This document shows, one piece after another, positions 1 through 7,844 of a stretch of 57,131 bases of DNA. The position numbers were made by a program, and so were the translations under genes. Below the pieces are notes generated by a model that ran no database searches, had not been told where the DNA came from, and saw nothing but the letters and a program-made list of their open reading frames with translations. The DNA comes from a virus: IMG/VR virus record IMGVR_UViG_3300010376_000011, positions 1 to 57,131 of that record; one strand, written 5' to 3'. The number at the start of each line of letters is the position of its first letter. Within the stretch, counting starts at the first letter, position 1.

Positions 1-123
1 AACACAGGATACAAAGGGCGCACAGAATGTGGTCTGCCTGTGAGCTCGCTGATCGCGCCGGCTGGAAGGCTGCCGCGCTGCAAAGCGTGCCTCAACTCTT
101 ACGATAGAACAATCAAAAGGAGA
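1..123. repeat. Terminal direct repeat; nt 1-123 are identical to nt 57009-57131 (contig-end overlap of a circular or permuted genome)
   Basis: Same 123-nt string (aacacaggatacaaaggg...atcaaaaggaga) read at both window ends. Confidence 0.95.
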
Positions 124-126
124 TAA
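1..126 (+). CDS. Duplicate 3' end of the small Cys/His-rich ORF that starts at 56943; stop TAA at 124-126
   Basis: Frame 1 reads NTGYKGRTECGLPV...SYDRTIKRR* and continues the ORF from 56943 across the junction. Confidence 0.5.
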   Translation, partial: NTGYKGRTECGLPVSSLIAPAGRLPRCKACLNSYDRTIKRR

Positions 127-130
127 ACCG

Positions 131-382
131 ATGACAACAAAATGCAGAGCAAGGAAGTTAGTCCACGATGAAACGCTATTCTGCGAAGGGCAGGAAGGTC
201 ACAACAGCGCGCACTACGCGGAAGACAGTCGCGGCGATGTTCACTGGTGGCCGAATGAACGCGGCTTGCCAGCATCGCTCATGCCTAAGAGCAGCAGTTT
301 TCTTGCGCTGATGATTGTCGGCGCAATGGGCGTGTTGGCGTCATTGGCGATGCTGTTCCTCGTCTATTGCCATCACCAATGA
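131..382 (+). CDS. Hypothetical tail-anchored membrane protein
   Basis: ATG 8 nt after AAAGGAG; C-terminal hydrophobic helix FLALMIVGAMGVLASLAMLFLVY; stop overlaps next start (ATGA). Confidence 0.6.
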   Translation: MTTKCRARKLVHDETLFCEGQEGHNSAHYAEDSRGDVHWWPNERGLPASLMPKSSSFLALMIVGAMGVLASLAMLFLVYCHHQ

Positions 383-597
383 GACAGAAAATCCGCGGCT
401 CAGTCGCGAGCCAAAAGATTCAGATTCACAAAAGAGAACGACGCTTGCGCGCGGCACGGATTGCATCGCATCGCGCCACGCTTGCAAAGCTGCGCAGCAT
501 ACTCGCGGAGAAAGATCGCAACGAACCGGCGACAGGTTTGCGGCGACGGATCCGCACACTTGAACAACAAATCAGATACATGGGAGGAGAACTATGA
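379..597 (+). CDS. Hypothetical basic coiled-coil protein
   Basis: In-frame ATG at 379 overlaps upstream stop (ATGA); the track ORF starts at TTG 367; Arg/Lys-rich helical sequence. Confidence 0.55.
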   Translation: MRQKIRGSVASQKIQIHKRERRLRAARIASHRATLAKLRSILAEKDRNEPATGLRRRIRTLEQQIRYMGGEL

Positions 598-866
598 ACA
601 GAGAAACGATTGCAGCAGAATTGACACACTTCATGCACTGCGCCAATCCAAACATTCAGCGCGGCAGTCAGCAATGGAATGATTTAGAAGGCGCGTTTTA
701 TGCAGGCGCGTTCGTGGCGTTCAATCACTTCTTGTCGGCGACAAAGCATCCAGATGCAGAAGGCATTGTGCTGCTTGAGGCATTCAAGAAGGAATTGTTC
801 GCACACGCGCAACTGTGGACAAAGCGCGCAGATATGGCGCGCGACATTGAGGAGGCCGGACGATGA
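594..866 (+). CDS. Hypothetical protein
   Basis: GGGAGGAG RBS; ATGA overlap with upstream stop; balanced composition. Confidence 0.6.
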   Translation: MNRETIAAELTHFMHCANPNIQRGSQQWNDLEGAFYAGAFVAFNHFLSATKHPDAEGIVLLEAFKKELFAHAQLWTKRADMARDIEEAGR

Positions 867-1054
867 ACAAACTTTACCTTGGCGATTCAGTCTATGCAGA
901 ATGGGCAGCGCCGCTCGGTGCCTTCGCGACAACACCGCGAATCAAACTGACGACAAACAACGGGTGGCCAGATGATCCGCGCAACGTCATTTACCTTGAA
1001 TTGGAAATCTTCGACGCGCTTGTGAAGTTCGTCGAGAAAGGACCGCAAGGATGA
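863..1054 (+). CDS. Hypothetical protein
   Basis: GAGGAGG RBS; ATGA coupling on both sides. Confidence 0.6.
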   Translation: MNKLYLGDSVYAEWAAPLGAFATTPRIKLTTNNGWPDDPRNVIYLELEIFDALVKFVEKGPQG

Positions 1055-1275
1055 AATTCGAAGCCTTTTTTAAGTCTGTGAACAACTTAGTCGAGCGATG
1101 GAAGCCTGACGACCCGCAAGCAGGCGCTACGCCTCGGGGAGCCATGCGGCAGCTTTACGATCAGATGCGTGAAGAAGTTGTGTATGAGTTCGCCGAGAAG
1201 CAGCGCAAGCGCGACGAACGACTCGCCGCCACGTTGCACAAACACTACTTGGAAAAGGAGAGATTCAAAAGATGA
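1051..1275 (+). CDS. Hypothetical protein
   Basis: ATGA coupling on both sides; charged helical sequence. Confidence 0.6.
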   Translation: MKFEAFFKSVNNLVERWKPDDPQAGATPRGAMRQLYDQMREEVVYEFAEKQRKRDERLAATLHKHYLEKERFKR

Positions 1276-1955
1276 GATACACCGCAGCATTAGTAATCGG
1301 TCTGTCAGTAATCGCGATGAGCATTGCCGGATTTGAATGGATGCGTCAGCACGCGATCATCGAGCGGCCGCCAGACAAAGATCACGAAGAAGTATTCGGC
1401 GAGATCAGCAACACAGACGTCGCAGGCATGAGTGAAGCGATGCGCGAAGCGATGATCTACACCAAACCAAAGCCTGCATGGGTGGAAGCGCGCGATTGCA
1501 AGCACGAAGGAATGCTTGAGATCGTCACGCACACAAGACCACATCCATCGCCAATCAAGATCGCCACTACATCAACGAGCACGAAGGACATTCACACGCT
1601 CACATCAGCAGGCACGATCTCTGGCTGGTCAATGTCAAGTGTCGCGCCAGATGCAACGCCGACGCCTATCGAGTCGCATATGTTTGGCAAAGCGATGCAG
1701 GACATTAAGGAGCTCAACGGTCACGCAAGCGCAACGCCACGCATACTAACAGTGCCAAGCGGCGACAAGATCGCATTGCCTTCGCCGCCATTCTCGTTCA
1801 AGGAGATGAAGTTCGGCAACGCGGCTACACTCGAAATTGAGGACACCTGCAACAACGATTTTCACAAGATCGAGTGCCTCAAGATCATCACGCCTTACGA
1901 GCCAATCGTGCAGCGAATGGACGAGCATTGGCAAGTCACTTTCAAGAAACCATGA
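1272..1955 (+). CDS. Hypothetical membrane-anchored protein (N-terminal TM or signal anchor)
   Basis: GGAGAG RBS; ATGA coupling; N-terminus MRYTAALVIGLSVIAMSIAGF is hydrophobic. Confidence 0.65.
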   Translation: MRYTAALVIGLSVIAMSIAGFEWMRQHAIIERPPDKDHEEVFGEISNTDVAGMSEAMREAMIYTKPKPAWVEARDCKHEGMLEIVTHTRPHPSPIKIATTSTSTKDIHTLTSAGTISGWSMSSVAPDATPTPIESHMFGKAMQDIKELNGHASATPRILTVPSGDKIALPSPPFSFKEMKFGNAATLEIEDTCNNDFHKIECLKIITPYEPIVQRMDEHWQVTFKKP

Positions 1956-1998
1956 CACTACAAAACATTTATCCAGAGAACGGGAAGGAGGTGAAAAT

Positions 1999-2196
1999 AT
2001 GAGAACAATCCTAGCAGCAGTATTGATCGCGCTCGCAGGCCTCTTGGCATTCATGCCAACGCCAGCGAAGCGCACCGCAGACTTAGGCGACGTGTTTGGA
2101 AGGACACTCCATCCTTGCACGCCGCCTTGCGCCGTCACTTATGACGGACGCGTCCAGCATTACTCGCGCTCCAGCGAAGTATTGCCATTACTGTAG
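1999..2196 (+). CDS. Small secreted or membrane protein
   Basis: Internal ATG of track ORF 1837-2196, preceded by GGAAGGAGG; signal-like MRTILAAVLIALAGLLAF. Confidence 0.55.
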   Translation: MRTILAAVLIALAGLLAFMPTPAKRTADLGDVFGRTLHPCTPPCAVTYDGRVQHYSRSSEVLPLL

Positions 2197-2205
2197 CACA
2201 TCAGT

Positions 2206-2226
2206 CTGCATCCTTTGACGATGCAG
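2206..2226 (+). terminator. Short hairpin after the 1999-2196 ORF (CTGCATC-N7-GATGCAG), no U-tract
   Basis: 7-bp inverted repeat read directly. Confidence 0.25.
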
Positions 2227-2270
2227 CGAAGACAGGGCGCGACCTGCGACAGTGGGCGCGTCACACTTTA

Positions 2271-2441
2271 ATGGCGTGGAAACAATTCATCTGCCTACTG
2301 CGCAAGCCGCCTGAGATCATCATTCAAGAGGATCCAGAAATTCGAAACGACCCGCGCAGGAGAAGTCTGCCAAGCGCGCCAGACTGTCGTTGTAAAAGCT
2401 ATCGCAGAAAGCGCGCGAGAAAGGCGCGCACATCACAATGA
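2271..2441 (+). CDS. Possible 56-aa Arg-rich ORF (below the track cut-off)
   Basis: ATG 2271 to TGA 2439-2441, which overlaps the ATG of the 2438 gene (ATGA); no clear RBS. Confidence 0.25.
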   Translation: MAWKQFICLLRKPPEIIIQEDPEIRNDPRRRSLPSAPDCRCKSYRRKRARKARTSQ

Positions 2442-2767
2442 ACGAACAACCTGAGTTTCCTGACTTCATGCAGTTGCGCGATGAAGGCATGGCGCGCGTG
2501 TTGGCAAAAGCACAACGCATCGACGCGACATTCACAGATCGCGCGACTGCTCACATCATTGAACTGTTATCAACGCAGCGCGACGGATTGACAGGCGAGC
2601 AAATAGTCAACGCGTGCAAGCATAACGGCATCACGCCGCACAATGATCGCGCCTTCGGTCCAATTTTCCATGCGCTTGCCAAGAACGGAATTTTGCGCAA
2701 GGCAGGATTCCGCAAGCGCACTAAAGGCCACGGTGCAGATGGTGCTGTAGTGTGGCGACTTGTTTAA
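2438..2767 (+). CDS. Hypothetical protein, possibly winged-helix DNA-binding
   Basis: Clean 109-aa ORF; the helix-rich middle part and Lys/Arg-rich C-terminal hairpin resemble a wHTH (eye call only). Confidence 0.55.
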   Translation: MNEQPEFPDFMQLRDEGMARVLAKAQRIDATFTDRATAHIIELLSTQRDGLTGEQIVNACKHNGITPHNDRAFGPIFHALAKNGILRKAGFRKRTKGHGADGAVVWRLV

Positions 2768-2803
2768 CTTGCCATTGCTCACGACCCGCCTAACATCGCG
2801 ACC

Positions 2804-3022
2804 ATGAAATTCACAATCTACTCCGATACAGCGACAGGCGGATTTCGTTGGGTAGTCACAAAAACAGGTCCGCCAGCATTAGGCAGTGCAATTCTTGTCG
2901 TGGTAGCGCAAAGCGGTCACGCTTACGCTACGCGCGAAGCAGCGCAGGAAGATTACGACGCGTTCATCAAATGGGCGAGCGCGCCGCCAGCAGTCAGCAC
3001 ACCGCCAGCGCAAGCGTCTTGA
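2804..3022 (+). CDS. YegP/DUF1508-like small protein
   Basis: MKFTIYSDTATGGFRWVV...SGHAYATREAAQEDYDAFIKWA resembles the DUF1508 repeat pattern. Confidence 0.5.
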   Translation: MKFTIYSDTATGGFRWVVTKTGPPALGSAILVVVAQSGHAYATREAAQEDYDAFIKWASAPPAVSTPPAQAS

Positions 3023-3085
3023 CAGTCCGGTCAATCAACCGACAGTTGCGACGGTTAAGTGTGAGAATCGTTTCCGGATAGTCCC

Positions 3086-3119
3086 GATGCTGGCAGGTTT
3101 GAAGCGGCCTGCCAGCATC
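3086..3119 (+). terminator. Hairpin GATGCTGGCAGG-N10-CCTGCCAGCATC downstream of the 2804 gene
   Basis: Perfect 12-bp inverted repeat; weak U-tract. Confidence 0.5.
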
Positions 3120-3197
3120 CTTATGAGCGCAGTTGTGCCGCGAGGCCGCTGCGCTCACTCGTTTCGACTTCCTTTGCTTTAGGCGTATAGTCACTCC

Positions 3198-3347
3198 ATG
3201 CCTTGGAAGCGCACAGGCAAGCGCAACGCTCGCGGGCAAAAACTCTATCGCTCGCCATCTGGCAAACTCTGGACGCATAAACAAATCCGCGCCTACAAAG
3301 CTACAGGCGGATTCTCGCGAGCGGTCCACAAACACAAACGCCATTGA
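3198..3347 (+). CDS. Possible 49-aa highly basic protein (below the track cut-off)
   Basis: ATG 3198; MPWKRTGKRNARGQKLYRSPSGKLW...; its TGA overlaps the TTG start of the next ORF. Confidence 0.35.
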   Translation: MPWKRTGKRNARGQKLYRSPSGKLWTHKQIRAYKATGGFSRAVHKHKRH

Positions 3348-3775
3348 AACCGCCTTGCAGCGAATGGCGCGTGTGGATTGGCCGCGAGATCGAAGGCAAT
3401 TCAGAGATCGGTGTGCAAACCTTGTTCGTGCGCGAGCTCAGGAACGGGCGCACACCAGAAAGCCTCAAGCTTGCGCACCCGCATATTGATCGTGTCTGGC
3501 TGTGCAAAGAATTGTCACTCAATGCTGCGCTGCTGCGCGCCTTCATCGCGCAATTCCATACTTGCTGCATCGAGATCGCGATTGACGGAAAAACGACGCC
3601 TAATCTGTGGCAGATCATCAAAGCGCACTGCAAGGTGTATCTCAAAATTCCAATCGCACTCAATGCCGGAGATTTTGTTTGCATTGGAGAGGCGTTCAAT
3701 GATGAGGCATTCGAAATCGGCACTGGATTCAAAGTTCAGCCTCACCAATATCTCGCTGACATTCGAATTGACTGA
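3344..3775 (+). CDS. Hypothetical protein
   Basis: 143-aa ORF with protein-like composition; no in-frame ATG, so the start is TTG 3344 or GTG 3371; overlapping ORFs in other frames look like shadows. Confidence 0.55.
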   Translation: MKPPCSEWRVWIGREIEGNSEIGVQTLFVRELRNGRTPESLKLAHPHIDRVWLCKELSLNAALLRAFIAQFHTCCIEIAIDGKTTPNLWQIIKAHCKVYLKIPIALNAGDFVCIGEAFNDEAFEIGTGFKVQPHQYLADIRID

Positions 3776-3780
3776 CAATA

Positions 3781-3797
3781 ATTTCTGCGCATAAATT
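3781..3797 (+). promoter_or_regulatory. 17-bp quasi-palindrome ATTTCTGCGCATAAATT, copy 1 (candidate operator)
   Basis: Exact reverse-complement copy at 7409-7425; AT-rich, intergenic, 11 nt upstream of ATG 3809. Confidence 0.4.
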
Positions 3798-3808
3798 CCG
3801 CCACACCT

Positions 3809-4039
3809 ATGGCGCAGATGGAAATCAAGTTCGGCAAAGGAACAGCAGCACTCGATAGGCTACGTCGCCGCTTCCAGCCAAAGATAGGACGCGAATCCCG
3901 CGCACCTGAATATCTCGCAGAGCGCACCCGCAGACTGCACGCTTGGTATGCCACTCAGCCTTGGGCACAACCCTATGGCAAAAACAAAAACCAAAACAGC
4001 AACCAACGTAGTCAAATTCAAGAAACCAAAGCAGCATGA
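3809..4039 (+). CDS. Hypothetical protein (uncertain; 3' end overlaps the 3948 ORF in another frame)
   Basis: ATG just downstream of the palindrome; the N-terminal 55 aa look protein-like and the tail looks like an out-of-frame read. Confidence 0.3.
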   Translation: MAQMEIKFGKGTAALDRLRRRFQPKIGRESRAPEYLAERTRRLHAWYATQPWAQPYGKNKNQNSNQRSQIQETKAA

Positions 4040-4319
4040 TCTCCCCGCAATGCAAGGCAAAGGCGTCGCGGCACTCAAGATTCCAGAACTCGATAGGCTA
4101 GCCGAAGTCTATTGCACCGAACGCGACAAACGACTGCGCCTGACTCCAAAGGAAGTCGCGGCCAAGCGCACACTGGAAGACGCAATGCTCAAGCATTCAG
4201 ATGAACTCAAACAGCCAGATGGCACGCTCCTCTATCGCTACGACGAACGACGCATCATCGCCAAGCCAGGAAAGATGAAACTCCGCGTCGAAGATGTCAC
4301 CAGCGCAGATGAAGAATGA
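3948..4319 (+). CDS. Hypothetical protein upstream of the terminase genes
   Basis: 123-aa ORF; alternative ATG at 3975 (MAKTKTKT...); Lys-rich N-terminus and charged body. Confidence 0.6.
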   Translation: MPLSLGHNPMAKTKTKTATNVVKFKKPKQHDLPAMQGKGVAALKIPELDRLAEVYCTERDKRLRLTPKEVAAKRTLEDAMLKHSDELKQPDGTLLYRYDERRIIAKPGKMKLRVEDVTSADEE

Positions 4320-4513
4320 TCACGCAACAAAGGAAATCTGGCCGAGGCCTGTTAAGCTTTAGCGCAACTTTTCCAGTCGGCGCGCGCTTGCGAGCCCCGA
4401 AAAGGAGTAGAGTCAGCGCGGGGCTAATTCTAGTTTCCCTTGCGCTTGCGCGATGCAAGAAACGGTTTTGAAGGGAAACTGCTTGGGAACTCCCAGCAAA
4501 GCTGAATGATTTT
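4320..4513. other. Structured intergenic region upstream of terS; candidate cos or packaging-initiation region
   Basis: Nested inverted repeats (AGCCCCG..CGGGGCT 4393-4425; TTTCCCTT..AAGGGAAA 4434-4478; GGCCGAGGCC 4341-4350); placement matches lambda cos relative to Nu1. Confidence 0.25.
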
Positions 4514-5101
4514 ATGGCCGAGCGACAACAGACACTCACCACAAGCGATCTCGCGCGCATCATCGACGTGACTCCGCAATACATTCGGACGCTTACGCGC
4601 GAAGGAGTCATTCATCGAGCGCGCAACGAGAAAGGCGAAGAGATCATGGGGCGGTTCACGCTTCTTGCGGTGCGCGATTACTGTCGGCACATGCGGAGCA
4701 AGCGCGGCGACGGCGATGATGGTGAGTCGCTCTGGCGTCGCCTGCGCAACGAGCGCGCTGCATCTGAGAGTGAGATGGCAAAGCTGCGGCTCGATGAGAT
4801 GAAAGGCAAGCTGCATCGCTCGGAAGATGTCGATTTTGTGATCACAGAAATCTTCACTTCGATCAAACAAAAGCTGCTCGCGTTTCCTTCGCGCGTGTCG
4901 CGCCTGTCAGAAGGCAAGAAGTTCCGAGATATTTTGTCCTTAAATACGAAGGAGATGCAGATCATTCTGCGGGAGCTTTCCCGCTTCGATGGCGAGATGG
5001 TTGCGCGCAAAGCTGAGCAGTATCGCAAGGCACAAGCGGAAGAAGGGCAGAATGGCAACGCGCCGACCGAAGATAACACTCGCGAAGATCGAAGCGAGTA
5101 A
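4514..5101 (+). CDS. terS: Terminase small subunit, Nu1-like (N-terminal HTH)
   Basis: LTTSDLARIIDVTPQYIRTLTREGVI HTH followed by a coiled-coil; sits immediately upstream of the gpA-like TerL. Confidence 0.8.
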   Translation: MAERQQTLTTSDLARIIDVTPQYIRTLTREGVIHRARNEKGEEIMGRFTLLAVRDYCRHMRSKRGDGDDGESLWRRLRNERAASESEMAKLRLDEMKGKLHRSEDVDFVITEIFTSIKQKLLAFPSRVSRLSEGKKFRDILSLNTKEMQIILRELSRFDGEMVARKAEQYRKAQAEEGQNGNAPTEDNTREDRSE

Positions 5102-7049
5102 CGCGCGCGGCGCTGAGCTCGTCCGCACGATCAGGTTCGGCTACGAGCACTGCGAGCTCTTCACGCCGCCAAGCGAACTGCGCTTGAGCGAATGGGCTGA
5201 CAAATATCGCGTGCTTTCCAGTGAGAGCAGCGCAGAGCGCGGGCAATGGATCACTGATAACGCGCCTTATGAAAAAGAAATCATGGACGCGATCAGCGAC
5301 AAAGACACCGAGCGCATCGCAATCCAGAAAGGCTCGCAGCTTGGCATCACGGACTGCGCGATCATCAATCCGGTAGGCTATTTCATCACAGAGGATCCAT
5401 GTCCGATTCTTGTCGTGCAGCCGACAATCGAGATGGCGGAAGTGTTCTCGACTGATCGACTGGCACCGATGATTCGCGACAGCCCGCGAGTGCGCGCGCA
5501 AGTGGGAGACCCGAAAGCGCGTGATTCCGGCAACACGCTTCGCCGGAAAGGATTCAAGGGCGGATTTGTCGCGCTCGGCGGCGCGAACTCCGCTGCATCG
5601 CTGAGCGGCAGACCGATTCGCGTCGTCCTTCTTGATGATGTGGACCGCTACCCTGCGAGCGCAGGCACGGAAGGCAATCCGCTCATGCTCGCAATCGCGC
5701 GAACGAGTGCCTTCTGGAATCGCAAGATCGTCATTGTCAGTTCGCCTGGCATCAAAGGCGTGTCGCACATCGAGCGCGAGATGGGGGCGAGCACGATGGA
5801 GTTCTGGTATCTGCCGTGCCCTGATTGTGGCGCGCTGCAAATACTTGTCTGGGATCGGATTCGCTTTTCAGACTACACGCATGAGTGCAGCGAGTGCCAT
5901 GAGTTCAATGAGAAATACTTGTGGCTGGCAGGCAAAGGCGAGTGGCGCGCACACCGTCCGCTCGATGAGCGCGGGCGCAAAGTCAAGACGCGCGGATTCT
6001 TTCTGAGCGGCCTCTACAACCCTTGGGTGGACTGGGAAACGCTCGTCGATGAGTTCGTCAAAGCTGCGAAGGCGAATGAAGAAGGCGACATTGAACCGCT
6101 CAAAGCATTTCGCAATACGCGCCTCGGGCTGCTGCACGAAGAGCAAGGGCAAAAGGTCGAAGTCGATCTCTACAACGCGCGCCGAGAAGTCTATCCAGTC
6201 GAAGTGCCGGATGAAGTTCTTGTCTTGACTGCTGGCGTCGATGTGGGAGAAAGACAGTTGAACTATGAAATCGTCGGATGGGGAAAAGGTCGCGAATCAT
6301 GGGGCATCGAGTATGGACTCATTGACGGTGATCCGCGCGAAGATTCTGTCTGGCAGTTGCTTGATGAAGCTGTCTATCATCGACTATTCACCCGCGCTGA
6401 TGGAACGAAGATGCGCTGCCGCCGCATCGCAGTCGATTCCGGCTACGCCAGCGACTTCGTTTACCATTACACCAAGTGGCGACAGCCGCGCTGCATCGCG
6501 ATCAAAGGAGAAGGCGGATTAGGCAAACCGTTCATCAAGGGCGCAGGCACGCTGACAAAAAGCAATCGCGCGCGCTTGCAGACAATCGGCGTTGACACTG
6601 GCAAGGAAGAAATCGTGAATCGCCTGCTCGTCGGGAAAGTGGGAGCGGGTTACTGCCACTTCCCAAAGCTGCCGAACAGCGAGCCTGATCGCGGCTACGA
6701 TCAAGAATACTTCAACGGCTTGACTGCTGAGCGCAGAATCGTGAAAGCGAAGAACGGATTCCGCACCTACATCTGGATTAAGCGATTGAGTCAGCGCAAC
6801 GAGCCGTTCGATTGTCGCAACTATGCGCTCGCTGCGCTCGCAATCCCGCACGCGGGCATCAGGCTCGACACGATGAAGCCCGACACTTACTTCGCGCCCA
6901 AAGACGAACCGCGTGACGAAATCTCAGACAAGTTTGGCGCGCGCTCGATGATACCGGATTCGGACGTTTCGACTTCCACTGCCGCGCTGAGATCGCGCCC
7001 GACGCGCCGATCAGGAAAATTCGGAGTGCAAAATAAGGGCATCTCTTGA
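5052..7049 (+). CDS. terL: Terminase large subunit, lambda gpA-like
   Basis: SEWADKYRVLS..ERGQW..APYEKEIMDA..KGSQLGIT..VVQPT pattern typical of the gpA family; ATG 5052 (MATRRPK) chosen; the track ORF opens at 4989. Confidence 0.9.
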   Translation: MATRRPKITLAKIEASNARGAELVRTIRFGYEHCELFTPPSELRLSEWADKYRVLSSESSAERGQWITDNAPYEKEIMDAISDKDTERIAIQKGSQLGITDCAIINPVGYFITEDPCPILVVQPTIEMAEVFSTDRLAPMIRDSPRVRAQVGDPKARDSGNTLRRKGFKGGFVALGGANSAASLSGRPIRVVLLDDVDRYPASAGTEGNPLMLAIARTSAFWNRKIVIVSSPGIKGVSHIEREMGASTMEFWYLPCPDCGALQILVWDRIRFSDYTHECSECHEFNEKYLWLAGKGEWRAHRPLDERGRKVKTRGFFLSGLYNPWVDWETLVDEFVKAAKANEEGDIEPLKAFRNTRLGLLHEEQGQKVEVDLYNARREVYPVEVPDEVLVLTAGVDVGERQLNYEIVGWGKGRESWGIEYGLIDGDPREDSVWQLLDEAVYHRLFTRADGTKMRCRRIAVDSGYASDFVYHYTKWRQPRCIAIKGEGGLGKPFIKGAGTLTKSNRARLQTIGVDTGKEEIVNRLLVGKVGAGYCHFPKLPNSEPDRGYDQEYFNGLTAERRIVKAKNGFRTYIWIKRLSQRNEPFDCRNYALAALAIPHAGIRLDTMKPDTYFAPKDEPRDEISDKFGARSMIPDSDVSTSTAALRSRPTRRSGKFGVQNKGIS

Positions 7050-7102
7050 GTTGGCAGATGCGAATAAACTGTTAACATCTCCAATGCTATTGCACCTGGG
7101 TG

Positions 7103-7155
7103 GGCGGGGCCGTCATACCGGAACGAGGAGTTCCGCGGCCCCGCCGCACATTTTT
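7103..7155 (+). terminator. GC-rich nested hairpin plus T-run after terL
   Basis: GGCGGGGCCG...CGGCCCCGCC with inner CGGAAC/GTTCCG stem, followed by gcacaTTTTT. Confidence 0.55.
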
Positions 7156-7171
7156 CAGCAACAGGCAAAAC

Positions 7172-7197
7172 AGCTTAGCGTGAAAACACGCTAAGCT
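7172..7197 (-). terminator. Conserved hairpin, copy 1 (AGCTTAGCGTG-N4-CACGCTAAGCT); on the minus strand it is followed by GTTTTGCC
   Basis: Read directly; the stop codon of the minus-strand RHH gene overlaps the stem. Confidence 0.6.
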
Positions 7198-7408
7198 AAT
7201 TGGCCTTGCGGTTGAACGACTTAACGCCACCGATCCCGAGACCGCGACAAAGTATCTGCGCTGCGATTCGCGTGTAATAACCGCCGCCTGCGAGCTCGCG
7301 TCGCTTCAATTCATTCATCGCTGCCTGCGGAATGATAGTCTCAAGCCTGCAATCGCCAACGCGTGGGCGACCGACGCGCCGTTGCTGAGTTACGACAGAT
7401 GCTGCCAT
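7196..7408 (-). CDS. Ribbon-helix-helix (CopG/Arc-like) DNA-binding protein; the only convincing minus-strand gene
   Basis: RLETIIPQAAMNELKRRELAGGGYYTRIAAQILCRGL fits strand-helix-helix; it has its own hairpin terminator; a palindrome abuts its ATG. Confidence 0.65.
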   Translation of the reverse strand: MAASVVTQQRRVGRPRVGDCRLETIIPQAAMNELKRRELAGGGYYTRIAAQILCRGLGIGGVKSFNRKAN

Positions 7409-7425
7409 AATTTATGCGCAGAAAT
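7409..7425 (-). promoter_or_regulatory. 17-bp quasi-palindrome, copy 2 (reverse complement of 3781-3797), directly abutting the RHH start codon
   Basis: aatttatgcgcagaaat is the exact reverse complement of atttctgcgcataaatt. Confidence 0.4.
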
Positions 7426-7511
7426 ACGGCAGGCGGGTTGTAGCTGTCAAGGTCGGCCTATTTATACTCATTTTTGTTTTCAGGTTTGTCTGTTAAGGGT
7501 GGCGGTTGGAG

Positions 7512-7844
7512 ATGCCAGAAGTCGAAGTCATCAAACTACCTATCGCTCCGACAAAAGCCGGAACTCCGCGTGACGCATCTTCACCACCGACGCCATTTCT
7601 AACTTGGTGTGACTGGGCTCGCGACGGTCTTGCTCGCGCGCTTGAAGCGATGAAAGACACGGCTGGCGGTGTGACAGAATATCACATCGGTTCGCGCGGG
7701 CTGCATCGCGGCGGACCTACTGACCAACTCAAGAGCGTCGATTATTGGAATCAGATGGTGATCTTTTATTGCGGCGACACAGGCTTGCCGTCTTCGCTCA
7801 CTGGCCGTGACACAGCAACGCGCATCATTCCGAGGGATGTATGA
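7512..7844 (+). CDS. gpW-like head-tail joining (head completion) protein
   Basis: Sits between TerL and portal as in lambda (A-W-B); TEYHIGSRGL..DQLKSVDYWNQMV resembles the gpW pattern; ATG 7512 (the track starts at TTG 7506). Confidence 0.55.
   Translation: MPEVEVIKLPIAPTKAGTPRDASSPPTPFLTWCDWARDGLARALEAMKDTAGGVTEYHIGSRGLHRGGPTDQLKSVDYWNQMVIFYCGDTGLPSSLTGRDTATRIIPRDV

Noticed and set aside
1-123. Terminal repeats as LTR/IR of a mobile element or true phage DTR
   Set aside because: The repeats are direct, and an ORF reads through the junction. The lambda-type terminase predicts cos ends elsewhere. An assembly overlap of a circular sequence is the simplest explanation.
3378-3794. 138-aa + strand ORF and the 143-aa minus ORF (3301-3732), both overlapping 3344-3775
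   Set aside because: Both have Arg/Ser/Cys-rich, non-protein-like composition. The 3344 frame has balanced composition and is coupled to the upstream small ORF.
4962-5840. 292-aa minus-strand ORF
   Set aside because: It lies entirely antisense to the well-supported gpA-like terminase gene. Its Arg/Ala-rich composition is typical of shadow ORFs in GC-rich coding DNA, and it has no RBS.
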